From Squalus acanthias (Eukaryota): DNA of 64,000 nucleotides. How positions within the stretch are numbered: position 1 is the first letter of the stretch; the number at the start of each line of letters is the position of its first letter. Position numbers and translations under genes: made by a program. The stretch lies in contig CM059431.1 in NCBI GenBank assembly GCA_030390025.1, positions 126,730,001 to 126,794,000 on the forward strand, given 5' to 3'. Of the stretch, positions 13,101-26,409 are shown one piece after another. A model generated the notes under the pieces. That model had not been told where the DNA came from. It did not search any database and saw only the letters and a list, made by a program, of their open reading frames with translations.

Positions 13101-13145
13101 GGTTGAAGGCTGTGACAAGTTCCAGAGCAGAGCTGAGCATTAGCA
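10125..13145 (-). mobile_element. Old LINE-B copy (CR1/L2-group), rearranged, interrupted by the Harbinger derivative at 10859-12625
   Basis: Similar to 17455-20553 (e.g. FIIAGSKSWNS); sequence continues across the insertion. Confidence 0.75.
10859..12625. mobile_element. Non-autonomous Harbinger: transposase core deleted, Myb exon 1 retained (frameshifted)
   Basis: TIR-like GGCCGGAATTTT / AAAATCCAAGTC; flanks TGA/TCA; minus-strand EVLFPSHG...QCRKHFNDL; homologous to 32482-33889. Confidence 0.85.
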
Positions 13146-13212
13146 ACCAGACATACCTTGGCAACTTTTCATATTTTTGGTTAGATGCATAATTGCACTG
13201 GAATAGATTGGC

Positions 13213-16200
13213 ATTTTTTGTTCCTTCATGGAATCTGAGCGTCACTGGCAAGGCCAGCTTTTATTGCCCATCCCTAATTGCCCTTGAGATGGTGATGGTG
13301 AGCTGCATTCTTAAACTGCTGCAGTCCGTGTGGTGAAGGTACTCCCATAGTGCTGTTGGGGAAGGAGTTCCAGGATTTTCACCCAGCGATGATGAAGGAA
13401 TGGCGATATATTTCCCAGTCAGGATGGTGTGTAATTTGGAAGGGAACTTGGAGGTGATGGTGTTCCCATGTGTCTGCTGCCCTTGTCCTTCTAGGTGGTA
13501 GAGGTCGCGGGTTTTGGAGGTGCTGCTGAAGACGCTTGGAGAGTTGCTGCAGTGCATCTTATAGATGGTGCACACTGCAGCCACGGTGCGCCGGTGGTGG
13601 AAGGAATGAATGTTCAAGGTGGTGGATGGGGTGCCAAACAAGCAGGCTGCTTTGTCCTGGATGGTGTTGAGCTTCTTGAGTGTTGTTGGAGCTGCACTCA
13701 TCCAGGCAAGTGGAGAGTATTCCATCATACTCCCAACTTGTGCCTTGTAGATGGTGGAAAGGCTTTGGAGAGTCAAGAGGTGAGAATACCCAACCTCTGA
13801 CCCTCAGAATACTCAGCCTCTGACCTACTCTTGTAGCCACATTATTTATGTGGCTAGCCCAATTAAGTTTCTGGTCAATGGTGACCCCCAGGATGTTGAT
13901 GGTGGGGGATGCGGCGATGGTAAAACCATTGAATGTCAAGTGGCAGTGCTTAGACACTCTCCTGTTGGAGATAGTCATTGCCTGGCACTTGTGTGGTGCG
14001 AATGTTACTTGCCACTTATCAGCCCAGGCCTGAATGTCATTCAGGTCTTGTTGCATGTGGGCATGGACTGCTTCATATCTGAGGAGTTGCAAATGGAACT
14101 TAACGCTGTGCAATCATCAGCGAACATCCCCACTTCTGACCTTATGATGGAGGGAAGTTATTGATGAAGCAGCTAAAGATGGTTGGGCCAAGGACACTGT
14201 CCTGAGGAACTCCTGCAGCGATCTCCTGGGGCTGAGATGATTGGCCTCCAACGACCACCTCTGGAATTCAGCTCTTTTGTCCATGTTTGGAACAAGGCTG
14301 TAATGAGATCTGGAGCCAAGTGGTCCTGGCAGAACCCAAACTGAGCATCGGTGACCAGGTTATTGGGGAGTAAGTGCAGCGTGATAGCAGTTTCGACGAC
14401 ACCTTCCATCACTTTGCTGATGATTGAGAGTAGACTGATGGGGCGGTAATTGGCCGGATTGGATTTGTCCTGCTTTTTGTGGACAGGACATACCTGGGCA
14501 GTTTTGTGCATTGTTGGTTAGATGCCAGTGTTGTAGCTGAAATAGAACAGCCTGGCTTAAAAGTGTGGCTAGTTCTGGAGCACAAGTCTTTAGCACGACA
14601 GCCGGGCTGTTGTCTGGGCCCAAAGCCTTTGCTTTATCCAGTGCGCTCAGCCATTTTTTGATATCATGTGGAGTGAATCTGAATTGGCTGAAGACTGGCT
14701 TCGGTGATGGTGGGGACCTCAGGAGGAGGCTGAGATGGATTATTCACTCAGCACTTCTGGCTGAAGATTGTTGCAAATGCTTCAGCATTGCCTTTTGCAC
14801 TCGTGCTGGGCTCCGCCATCATTGAGGATGGAAATTTTCATGGAGCCTCCTCCTCCTGTTAGTTGTTAATTGTCCACCACCATTCATGACTGGATGTGGC
14901 AGGACTGCAGAGCTTGATCTAATCCGTTGGTTGTGGGATCGCTTAGCTCTGTCGAAAGCATGCTGCTTCCGCTTTTTAGCATGCATGCAGCCCTGTTTTG
15001 TAGTTTCACCAGGTTGGCACCTCATTTTTAAGTACGCTTAGTGTTGCTCCTAGCATGCTCTTCTGCACTCTTCATTGAAGCATGAGTTGAGGACACTCGC
15101 ATCGAAGACAGAGTCTCGGTTAAGGAGATCTTCGAAGTGCTCCTTCCAGCGGGCACTGACTGCCTCCCTGTCCTTGATGAGTACCTCTCCTTCTTGGCCC
15201 GCAGTGGGGTAGGACCTTGGGTGCTTGGGCCGTAGGTGGTCTTGACTGCGCTAAAGAATCCACGCATGTCGTGGTTGTTGACTAGCTGCTGGATCTCCTG
15301 CGCTTTCTCCACCCACCAACTGTTCTTTAGTTGGAGAGTTTTTTGTTGGACCTCGGCCTTCAGGCATCTGTAGAGCTGCTTTCTTGCTCTCGACTTGTGT
15401 TGCTGTTTCCAGATCAGGAATGCCTTGCACTTGTGGCTTATTAGCTCCTGGATCTCCTGGTCGTTCTCGTCGAACCAGTCTTGGTGTTTCCTGTGACCGA
15501 GAGTCTCTTCACAGGTGCTGATTATGGAGGCCTTGTGTGCAGACCAGGCACTGTGGAAGCGAGTGTTTGAAGACCAGGACCTCAAACCTGGCACCAAGCT
15601 CATGGTCTACAGAGCAGCAGTGATACCCGTCCTCCTGTATGCCTCAGAGACATGGACCATGTACAGCAGGCACCTCAAAGCACTGGAAAGGTACCACCAA
15701 CGCTGCCTCCGCAAGATCCTGCAAATCCATTGGCAGGATAGGTGCACCAACGTCAGTGTTCTCGCTCAGGCCAACATCCCCAGCATCGAAGCTTTGGCCA
15801 CGCTCGATCAGCTCCGATGGGCGGGTCACATCATCGCATGCCCGATACGAGACTCCCAAAACAAGCGCTCTACTCGGAGCTCCGACACGGCAAGAGAGCC
15901 CCAGGTGGGCAGAGGAAATGCTTCAAGGACACCCTCAAAGCCTCCTTGAAAAAGTGCAACATCCCCACCGACACGTGGGAATCCCTGGCCCAAGACCGCA
16001 CAAAGTGGAGGAGAAGCATCCGGGAAGGCGCCGAACACCTCGAGTCTCTTCGCTGGGAGCAAGCAGAAGCCAAGCGCAAGCAGCGCAAGGAGAGCACGAC
16101 AACCCAAGCACCCCACCCACCTGCCCCTTCGACCAGCATCTGCCCCACCTGTGACAGAGACTGTAGGTCCCGCATTGGACTCATCAGTCATCTGAGAACT

Positions 16201-17150
16201 CATTTTTAATGTGGAAGCAAGTCATCCTCGGTTCCGAGGGACTGCCTAAGAAGAAGATTGAAGCAGGGTTTGTCCCTGGCTTGATGGTAATGGATGAGTG
16301 AGGGATATGTCGGGCCATGTGGTTACAGATTGTGATTGAATACAGGTCTGCTCCTGCTGATGGCCCACAGCACCTCATGGATGCCAGTTTTGAGTTGTTA
16401 GATCTTTTCTGAATCTATCCCATTTAGCACGATGGTAGTGCCACACAACACGATGGAGGGTGTCCTCAGTGTGAAGACAGGACTTCATCTCCACAAGGAC
16501 TGTGGTGGTCACTCTTACCAAAACTCTCATGAACTGATGCATCCACAACAGGTAGATTGGTGAGGACGAGGTCAAGTAGGTTTTTCCCTCTTCTTGGTTC
16601 TTTCACTACTTGCCGCAGGCCCAGTCTGGCAGCTTTGTCATTCAGGACTCATCCAGCCCGATCAGTAGTGGTGCTACCGAGCCACTCTTGCTGATGGACA
16701 TTGAAGTCCCCCACCCAGAGTAAGCTCCATGTCCTTGCTACCCTCAGTGCTACTTCCAAGTGGTGTTCAACATGGAGGAATACTGATTCATCAGCTGAGG
16801 GAGGGCGGTAGGTGGTGATCAGCAGGATGTTTCCTTGCACATGTTTGACCTGATGCCATGACACTTCATGGGGTCCAGAGTTAATGTTGAGGACTCCCAG
16901 GACCACTCCCTCCCGACTGTATACCACTGTGCCACTCTGGTGGGTCTGTCCTGCCGGTCTGTCTGTCTTCCTGTCTGTCCCGGGATGGTGATGGAGGAGG
17001 TGGCTAATTCTTTTGTGCTTGTGTTCAGCATTACCAGTGGGATGTTTTCAGGACCCATAGTCTTTGCTGTGTCCAGCGTACTCAGCAACTTCTTAATGTC
17101 ACATGGAATCAACCAAATTGGCTGGACACTGGCATCTATGATGGTCGAAA
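13213..17150 (-). mobile_element. LINE-B copy (EN-RT pseudogene) interrupted by an RTE insertion
   Basis: WADKWQVTF, NYRPISLLS, AQFGF, YRPP, GDFN motifs; A-rich 3' end near 13215. Confidence 0.9.
15083..16256 (+). mobile_element. RTE-clade LINE insertion with inverted 5' segment (15083-~15552 on minus strand) and 9-bp TSD
   Basis: HQDWFDEND (minus); LLYASETWT, LRWAGH, RLPKQ and C-terminal C2H2 CPTC...H.RTH (plus); (AAG)n tail; TSD ATTGAAGCA at 15074-15082 and 16257-16265. Confidence 0.9.
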
Positions 17151-17454
17151 ACTTGGGCTGGATTCTTCTGCTCACACTGGTGTTTTAGCGGAGTGCGACT
17201 TCTGCCTGTCTCTCCAAAACTGTTGCAACATAGATTTTTCTGGATTGTGGTTCATTACTTGTGCACTGTGGACTCCTTGTAGGATTCCCAATGCTGAGAG
17301 GGAGCTCACCAGTGCAACCCAAAGAAATTCCAGATATGCTGTAATGGGATCTTTAAAGGGCAGAAGACTCTGGATCTGTAGCCTTGATGGCCTTGGTATC
17401 TGTTGGGCAAGTGAGTAGGAACAAGATTCTAAAAGCCTCTCTCTTGTGATGCAT

Positions 17455-20400
17455 CATACTATCGGATTGTCGTAAAAACCCATCTGGTTCACTAATGTCC
17501 TTTAGGGAAGGAAATCTGCCGTCCTTACCTGGTCTGACCTATGTGTGACTCCAGAGCCACAGCAATGTGGTTGATTCTTAACTGCCCTCTGAAATGGCCG
17601 AGCAAGTCACTCAGTTGTAACTAACCGCTACGAAACAAAATAAGAAGAATGAAACCGGACGGACCACCCGGCATCGACCTCAGCACCGGCTACGGACACG
17701 GCAATGGCACACCCAGCCCAATCAACCCTGCACCAACATCTCAAAGTCCTCCTCACCAACATCTGGGAACTTGTGCCAAAATTGGGAGAGCTGTCCCACA
17801 GACTAGTCAAGCAACAGCCTGACATAGTCATACCCACAGAATCATACCTTTCAGCCACTGTCCCAAACTCCTCCATCACCATCCCTGGGTATGTCCTGTC
17901 CCACCGGCAGGACAGACCCACCAGGGGTGGCGGCACAGTGGTATACAGTTGGGAAGGAGTGGCCCTGGGAGTCCTCAACATTGACTTCGGACCCCATGAA
18001 GTCTCATGGTTTCAGGTCAAGCATGGGCAAGGAAACCTCCTGCTGATTACCACCTACTGCCCTCCCTCAGCTGATGAATCAGTACTCCTCCATGTTGAAC
18101 ACCACCTGGAAGAAGCACTGAGAGTAGCAAGGGCACAGAATGTACTCTGGGTGGGGGACTTCAATGTCCATCACCAAGAGTGGCTCGGTAGCACCACTAC
18201 TGACTGAGCTGGCCGAGTCCTGAAGGACATAACTGCCAGTCTGGGCCTGCGACAGGTGGTGAGAGAACCAACACGAGGGGAAAAACCTACTTGACCTCGT
18301 CCTCACCAATCTACCTGTCGCAGATGCATCTGTCTATGACAGCATTGGCAGCAGTGACCACCACACAGTCATTGTGGAGATGAAGTCCCGTCTTCACACT
18401 GAGAACACCCTCCATCGTGTTGTGTGGCACTACCACCGTGCTAAATGGGATAGATTCAGTACAGATCTAGCAGCTCAAAATTGGGCATCCATGAGGCACT
18501 GTGGGCCATCAGCAGCAGCAGAATTGTATTCCACCACAATCTGTAACCTCATGGCCTGGCATATCCCTCACTCAACCATTACCACCAAGCCAGGGGACCA
18601 ACCCTGGTTCAACAACGAGTGTAGAAGAGCATGCGAGGAGCACCAGGCGTACCTAAATATGAGGTGCCAACCTGGGGAAGCTGCAACACAGGACTACATG
18701 CATGCTAAAAAGCGGAAGCAGCATGCTATAGACAGAGCTAAGCGATCCCACAATCAATGTACCAGATCAAAGCTCTGCAGTCCTGCCACATCCAGTCGTG
18801 AATGGTGGTGGACCATTAAACAACTAACGGGAGGAGGAGGCTCCAAGAATATCCCCATCCTCAATGATGGTGGATCCCAGCACGTGAGTGCAAAAGACAA
18901 GGCTGAAGCGTTTGCAATCAACTTCAGCCAGAAGTGCCGAGTGGATAATCCATATCGGCCTACTCCCAAGGTCCCCACCATCACAGAAGCCAGTCTTCAG
19001 CCAATTCGATTCACTCCACGTGATATCAAGAAACGACTGAGCGCACTGGAAACAGCAAAGGCTATGGGTCCCGACAACATCCCGGCTATCGTGCTGAAGA
19101 CTTGTGCTCCAGAATGCGCCATGCCTCTAGCCAGATGTTCCAGTACAGATGCAACACTGGCATCTATCCGACAATGTGGAAAACTGCCCAGGTATGTCCT
19201 GTCCACAAAAAGCAGGACAAATCAAACCCGGCCAATTACCGCCCCATCAGTCTACTCTCAATCATCAGCAAAGTGATGGAAGGTGTCATCGACAGTGCTA
19301 TCAAGCGGAACTTACTCACCAATAACCTGCTCACTGATGCCCAGTTTGGGTTCCGCCAAGACCACTCAGCTCCCGACCTCATTACAGCCTTGGTCCAAAC
19401 ATGGACAAAGGAGCTGAATTCTAGAGGTGAGGTGAAAGTGACTGCCTTTGACATCAGGGCAGCATTTGACCGAGTCTGGCATCAAGGAGTCCTAGTAAAA
19501 CTGAAGTCAATGGGAATCGGGGGGAAACGCTCCACTGGCTGTAGTCATACCTAGCACAAAGGAAGATGGTTGTGGTGGTTGAAGGTCAATCATCACAGCC
19601 CCAGGACATCGCTGCAGGAGTTCCTCAGTGCAGTGTCCTAGGCCCAACCATCTTCAGCTGCTTCATCAATGACCTTCCCTCCAACATAAGGTCAGAAATA
19701 GGGATGTTCGCTGATGACTGCACAGTGTTCAGCGCCATTCACAACTCCTCAGATAATGAAGCAGTCCATGCCCGCATGCAACAAAACCTGGACGACGTTC
19801 AGGCTTGGGCTGATAAGTGGCAGGTAACATTCGCACCACAGAAGTGCCAGGCAATGACTACCTCCAACAAGTGAGAGTCTAACCACCTCCCCTTGACATT
19901 CATGGCATTACCATCGCCAAATCCCCCACTATCAACATCTTGGGGGTCACCATTAACCAGAAACTTAACTGGACCAGCCACATAAATACTGTGGCAACAA
20001 GAGCAGGTCAGAGGCTAGGTATTCTGTGGCGAGTGCCTCACCTCCTGACTCCCCAAAGCCTTTCCACCATCTACAAGGCACAAGTAAGGAGTGTGATGGA
20101 ATACTCTCCACTTGCCTGGATGAGTGCAGCTCCAACAACACTCAAGAAGCTCAACACCATCCAGGACAAAGCAGCCAGCTTGATTGGCACCCCATCCACC
20201 ACCTTAAACATTTACACCCTCCACCACCGGTGTACCGTGGCTGCAGTGTGTACCATCTACAAGATGCACTGCAGCAACTCATCAAGGCTCCTTCGGCAGC
20301 ACCTCCCAAACCCATGACCTCTTCCACCTAGAAGGACAAGGGCAGCAGGTGCATGGGAACACCACCACCTCCAAGTTCCCCTCCAAGTCACACACCATCC

Positions 20401-20553
20401 TGACTTAGAAGTATATCGCCGATCCTTCATCGTCGCTGGACTGCAGCGGTTCAAGAAGACGGCTCCCCACCACCTTCTCAAGGGCAGCTAGGGATGGGCA
20501 ATAAATGCTGGCATTGCCAGCGACGCCCAGATCCCATAAACAAATTTAAAAAA
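17455..20553 (+). mobile_element. Near full-length LINE-B (single EN-RT ORF ~17704-20491 broken by stops and frameshifts)
   Basis: APE endonuclease motifs (TNI, TESYL, GDFN, LDL, SDH); RT motifs (FDIRAAFDRV, GVPQxSVLGP, FADD); 3' end GGGCAATAAATGCTGG...A-rich. Confidence 0.92.
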
Positions 20554-21023
20554 GGACCATTATCATCACTACCCTGGGCCTATCTCTACCTTCCACCAGG
20601 AGATCCCAGGATTCAGTAGTAACAGGGACTGACAAGAGGAAAATCTGCCAGCATGGAATGGGTGGCCAGCAGTGGTCACAGCAGGCAGGGAGAGGAGGGA
20701 AATTGAGAATGTGGCAGGCAGTTGGCCGTAAGCCTCACTGCCCCATTTCCCATCCTTTTCACTTGTATCTGGTCCAATGTAGTTGGACGTATAAGCTTTG
20801 CTCAGATCCATTAGTTGGGAATGTCTTAGCTTAATGTGCAGAAACCCCTTGCATTATAGCTTCCCAATGAAGATACTGAGATTTTGGCTGATGGACATAT
20901 TGCTTCCTTAGTCTTTAGGACAGCTATCCAATCACCAGAAGGTAATGATGTGAAGTAGACGGGGATTACCTGTATCTTGCTTAGGTCTCTCTGATATGCT
21001 CTGTAGTGAATTTTTCATCAGCT

Positions 21024-21209
21024 ACCCTTCCTTGAAGGACATTAGTGAACCTGTTGGCATTTTACAACAATCCAGCAGCTATATTGGTCAGTTTTCCTGG
21101 TGCTAGTTTACAAATTACCCATTGAATTCAATTTCACAACTTGTTATGGTAGGATTTTAAATCACAACCTCTGGGCTCCTAGTCCAGTACCATAAATACT
21201 ACACCACCA
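21024..21209 (-). mobile_element. tRNA-like head plus GTTCACTAATGTCCTT module (SINE, or LINE-B 5' end)
   Basis: Reverse complement GGTGGTGTAGT...GGACTAG...AAATCCTACC followed by the module seen at 17461-17520. Confidence 0.55.
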
Positions 21210-21269
21210 TAAGATAAATGATGTTACTTTGAAATACACATGTCTGGAAAACGCTTACAAAGCATCATA

Positions 21270-21735
21270 GTTTCAGCCATGGCTCAGTGGTAGCACTCTC
21301 GTCTCTGAGTCAAAAGATCATAGGTTCACTTGCGAAACTTGAGCATATAATCTCAGTTGATATTCCAGTGCAGTACTGAGAGAGTGCTACCCTGTCGGAG
21401 ATGCTGTCTTTCAAATGAGATTTTAAACTGAGGCCCTGTCTGCCCACTCAGATGGATGTAAATGATCCCATGACACTATTTGAAGAAGAGCAGGGAAGTT
21501 CTCCCCGTGTCGTGGCCAATATTTATCCCTCAAGCAACACCACTGAAATGGTTTATTTGATCATTTATTTAATTCCTGTTTGTGGAACCTTGCTGCGTGC
21601 AAATTGGCTGCCATGTTTCCCTACATTATAACAACATTGCACTTCAAAAGTAATTAATTGGCAGCAAAGCACTTTGGCATATCCTGAAGTCATGAAAGCC
21701 CCTATATAAATGCAAGTTCTTTCTTTCTTTCTTCT
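21270..21735 (+). mobile_element. SacSINE1/DeuSINE-like SINE, near full length
   Basis: TGGCTCAGTGG A box; body homologous to 951-1377; tail CTATATAAATGCAAGTTCTTTCTTT. Confidence 0.85.
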
Positions 21736-21861
21736 TTCCATTCTGTGAAATAACACATCAATGTGAAACTTATTTGATGCTGTAAGATTTTTTGATTATA
21801 TCCCTGAATTACTTTAGGTGCAATCCAAAGCACACTGTTTCAGCAGTGAATGAAGCGTAAT

Positions 21862-22604
21862 GCTTCAGAATTTGCTGGCAAAATATTGGCGAGTTAAAGC
21901 TGCAAGGCGTTACTAGTGCGTAAAAAATTCAGCAATTTGTGGCAAGGAAGATATATGGCGTGAGTTGCGAATCGACACAAATTTCAGGATGATTTAGCCT
22001 CACAAAAATAGGAACTTACCATCAATTTCACCATGAGTTTCAAGAAATTGCTGGATTTGCACCATAAATATTAATTAAACTTGTCACAGAAAGTTAGGGC
22101 TGGTATTTCACAATGTGAGGACCCACTTAATGATGAGATTTATGTTCCTGCAATGCCACTCAACATCGGAGGCTCAGAAAGGGAACAATTGAAACTGTTG
22201 GGTCTCATCCGTGCAGGTAGTAAATTGTTCCGAGAGGTTTTTTTAAAATTTTAAATGTTAAATTTTAAATGTTTTTCTTTCTGTCTCTTTTTTCTCTCAC
22301 GCTTAATCCAATCTTTCTTTCCATCTCGTTATTTTTCTTTCTGTACCTAATTTGACTTTAATTCACCCTATTTCCTTCTCTGTTGTTCGCTCCGTTTCTT
22401 CCTCTACCTTAAATTTAATTGGTAAAGGAGATAGTTTATTTGTTGTTCAGCAAGGTCCCAGATGCTCCACTGACCTTGCTGCGCTGTTATCAACTCGCAC
22501 GTCCAGCCATTTGCGGTGCAAAAGGTTTTCGTGCTGAAGGGTGCGGAAAAAATCCAACTCAAGGGGCACGCCGCAAGATGCCCCACTCCAGCAAATTGTG
22601 GCCC
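21862..22604. mobile_element. Harbinger-type MITE
   Basis: TIR GCTTCAGAATTTGCTGG / CCAGCAAATTGTGGCCC; flanks AAT/ATT. Confidence 0.6.
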
Positions 22605-23469
22605 ATTCTAATAGTGGCTGAGGTGAGATGGGGTCTGGTGGGAGTCACATCTGTGCGTTCTACTACATGATTATCTGTAATGTACAGTAATGAATGCTTG
22701 TGGAACTCTAGAAAACAAAATGCGAACCTAAATTAGTTTTGAATTAGTGTCTGCATGATAGTCACAACCACATGTGCGCAAGGAAACCTAAAATCAACAA
22801 GGGATCCAATAAATAGCTAGGCAATCCAGTTCCAACCATCTGTTATTCTTTAAAATGAAAACAAGTTTTTTTTAACTTGTTCTCTTGCATACAAAAGTGT
22901 TGATGAGCTGACTACAGAAGTAAGAGAGCAGTTGGTGTGGAAGCAAGATGGTTGTACATGAGAAAGCACAGTAGGTATTTAATTTGATGGTGCATAAGCC
23001 GAAGATGTTTAATTTCTCTACAAGGTGAGATTTAAAATCTTTGTTTATAGATGAGATGCTTTCTTCAGCACTAATGTTTGTACTAAATTAGTGCATTGTT
23101 GTCTGCTGCACCAATTAAGTATTTGAGGGATAGGGTGTTATTGTCACTCTTTATTTATGGTAAAACTAAGAGAGCTACTGCTGCCTTATGGGACTATGGG
23201 CTGGCTGCTGTGTCAACCATCTTTTCATTAGGGCCTTCAATTTTCCCCTAATACAAATAAATAGACTGTGTTAGCATAAAAAATAGGTTTTCATTTTCGA
23301 TGGTGGTGGAAAACAGATGGTAGTGGATCAGCCACCTGTTATGTACCCTGCCCGATTTCACTATCCACGTGTGCGCATTCTAAATAACAGCTACTTAGGA
23401 GCTTTTTAGACATAGACAACATACTTCTCCTAATGTTGCTAGCAAAGTAGCTTCCAATGCACACAAACT

Positions 23470-24030
23470 GGTCCCGATATTTAGAGGGAGGCGGGGGTGC
23501 TGGTGAGGCCGTAATCAGCCGAAGAAACCGGCAAGGTCGGGGTTGTGGAGGCCCTGCCAATCTTGGCAACGGGGTCTCATTTAAATAAAATGCTGCAGGC
23601 TCCTGCCCAATAACCAGCCAGATTAACAGCCTGGCCGGTGGGCAGGAGTACCAGCAAGCAGCAGGAGGTCACCGCTGGAAACCGTGGGAACAGTCCCCAG
23701 CAGTTAGTGGGGTTCGGGGTTCAGGGTTCGGGGCTCTGGGCCGCGATCGTGAGGAGGGGGCTGCATTCAGGGTCGGGGTGTGGGGGGCAGGGGGGCTATG
23801 AACGGACCTGGGATCGAGAGAGGGAATTGGGGGGAGGGGTTTCTTGCCTCAATTGGGAGGAGGGGTTAGCCCGGTTCAAGGTAGGCCCTAAGCTTCCATG
23901 TGAGGCCGAGAGGCCTGCCCTCCTGGCCCACAAGGAAACCTGAAAAATGAATTTTTAAATTACCTACTGGGCCTCTTCTGCCACAGGGTCCACCTCCCAG
24001 CAGTTTTGCCTGACAGCAAGCCGACATTTC
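23470..24030. mobile_element. G-rich MITE-like repeat related to 60798-61633
   Basis: Shared motifs and G-runs; right end not resolved. Confidence 0.4.
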
Positions 24031-25087
24031 GCTCCCACAGCTCCTGCCCTGCTCAGGCCTCTGGTTGATATCACAGATCGGCTGATATTACAGAGCTATT
24101 TCAACACATGCCTGCTACTTCAAATACATGAAAGGAGGTTGTTTTCTTCCCTCAAGCACCATTTGAGGAGTGCATTTTTTTTTACCATCTTTACAATTCA
24201 AGTATATTCCAACTGAGTACGATCCATCTTATGCTATTATTTTTAAGATTGAAAAATTCTATTGTGGGACGTAAGGGTTACTGTACTTTACGCAAAATAC
24301 TTTACACAGACTCCATGTTGTGATATTCCTGAGCAACATTAAAAAAGGAGGAAGCAGTAAGAGAACCAGCAAATTTGCATATCGATGGAAGATAGTTGCC
24401 ATGGTGCTTTTATTTTAAAACATGGAAATGTTGTTTTATGTGGAATAATTAATGCCAGGGATGAAACTAAGATGGCTTCTGCTGACTGCAAGACAACTAG
24501 CAATATACCAATGTGACTGCAATAATTAGTCACCTTCTGGAACTGCAGGATAGCATAATTCACAATATTAGTATTACTATGCAAGAAGTAGAAGGAATAA
24601 GTAACAGTCTTTAGGCTCTTTGACTTTTCCAGAGATAGTGGCTAATGCTGATGTATCTGATAATTTCATGAGCGGAAGATTTGGAATAGGTGGTGATGAG
24701 AAACCTTAACTAGTTTCTTCAAAGGTATCCTCAGACTGCCATACCACACCACTGAAAAATTTTGTAATTCGCGTTACCTGGGCAACATCTTAAGGATTTT
24801 GTTCATTAGCAATTTATCGCACCTGTTGTTGCAATTTGCTACTATTAATAGTTTATCTCCGTATTTGTTTTCACTTCTGAATAAGCAACAGCAGTGAAAC
24901 ATCCAGTTTCACTTTTTGTAAATCTTCTTTCTCTCTTTGAGTATTTTATATTTTTGCCTTTTTATTTCCCTTTTCATATAATTCTATACAATGTATAGCT
25001 CATTTTGAATTGACTCTTGAAGATTAATGTAGGACCGTCACAATTTTGGCCTGTAAATACACCAAAAGGATTTCTGTCTAACTTGAC

Positions 25088-25350
25088 ATCACTAAGACCG
25101 CCTATTTCCACCTCTGGAACATCACCCGACTTCACCCCTACCTCAGCTCATCTGCTGCTGAAACCATCATCCATGCCTTTGTTACCTCCAGACTTGACTA
25201 TTCCAACGCACTCCTGGCCAGCCTCCCACTTTCTATTCTCCTTAAACTTGAGGTCATCCAAAACTCTGCTGCCCGTGTCCTAACTCGCACCAAGTCCCGT
25301 TCACCCATCACCCCTGTACTCGCTGACCTACATTGGCTCCCGATTAAGCA
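25088..25350 (+). mobile_element. L2 LINE fragment
   Basis: Translates as AYFHL.NI.RL.P.L...AETIIHAFVTSRLDYSNALL...QNSAARVL...ITPVLADLHWLP. Confidence 0.9.
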
Positions 25351-26409
25351 CGCCTCCAAATTTCTGCTGATCAGGAGAATGCCTGTGCAAATTCCAGGTG
25401 ACAATGAGCTATTGCCATGTTACTGATGCACACACCCACCTTACACAGTTAAGCGTAGACTGTTACTACTGCCATAAAGAAGCTAATTTTTCCCCTTTTT
25501 AAACTTGAGTATATGTTGTACATTGAGCTTAGATGATGTAATAATGCAAACACATGAGCAAGTCAGACATGAACAAATAGAATACAACTTTCATATTCTT
25601 TCTCAACCACGATTAGAGACTAATGAGAAATAGGTACACTTATTTCTACTGCTTGTCTTAATCAGAATGAAAATGATCCACTGGACTCTGCAATGGTTTG
25701 GTGAATTGCATGGATATGTAACATTGCACAAAGCTTCAACCCACATTCTTTACATTTTGTTTTCTCTGTCATTAAACTTTTAAACGATTGGTCATGAAAT
25801 AATATATGACCTTATTTTTCTACCATTTTATTCAGCGAGAAAGCTTGCACTGTGAATTTATATTAAAATGTGAAAAGATTCAAGTGCTGCATCCCTTCTA
25901 AATCGTAAAGCCTTGTATCTTAAATTATCTTTTAGCCATATGTTTCTGAGTATCATTACTATTTTTATTCTACTATAATAATGTTGTTAGCCTAAGGCTT
26001 TGGACTCTCACATACCTGTATAATTCCAATTATGATGGTTATTTCCAAGGTTAAAGATTATATTAGAAATTTCGAACAAACTGAACAAGCAGAGCTTTTG
26101 ATGGTGAAATTAACATAAACACAACAATTTTATAAATTCCTTCTCATATACAAATTGTATAATTTTAGAAAGAGCATCAGTTACACTAGATCATCTGTCA
26201 AAAAATATTTGGCATATGTCATAGAAAGTACAAAACCTATTTAGCTTCTGTATCAAAGAGAGCTACAAAGGATAGGGGGTATTTTCAGAGAGCTGGGCCT
26301 AGGAATACTTGACTGCCTGGGTGCAGCGAATATTGTAAAATCAGATGGGTAGGTGTGCGCATCTGTAAAGGAGCCTGGGACCTCGAATAGATAGAGTCAT
26401 AGTCATAGA

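Noticed and set aside
15515..15949. Novel fusion ORFs across the RTE inversion junction
   Set aside because: Artefact of the inversion; no evidence of promoter or selection.
24137..24168. ~32-bp direct repeat with 32156-32187 suggesting an LTR or segmental duplication
   Set aside because: The second copy lies inside a MITE arm, so it is best explained as an interspersed repeat fragment; no LTR hallmarks.
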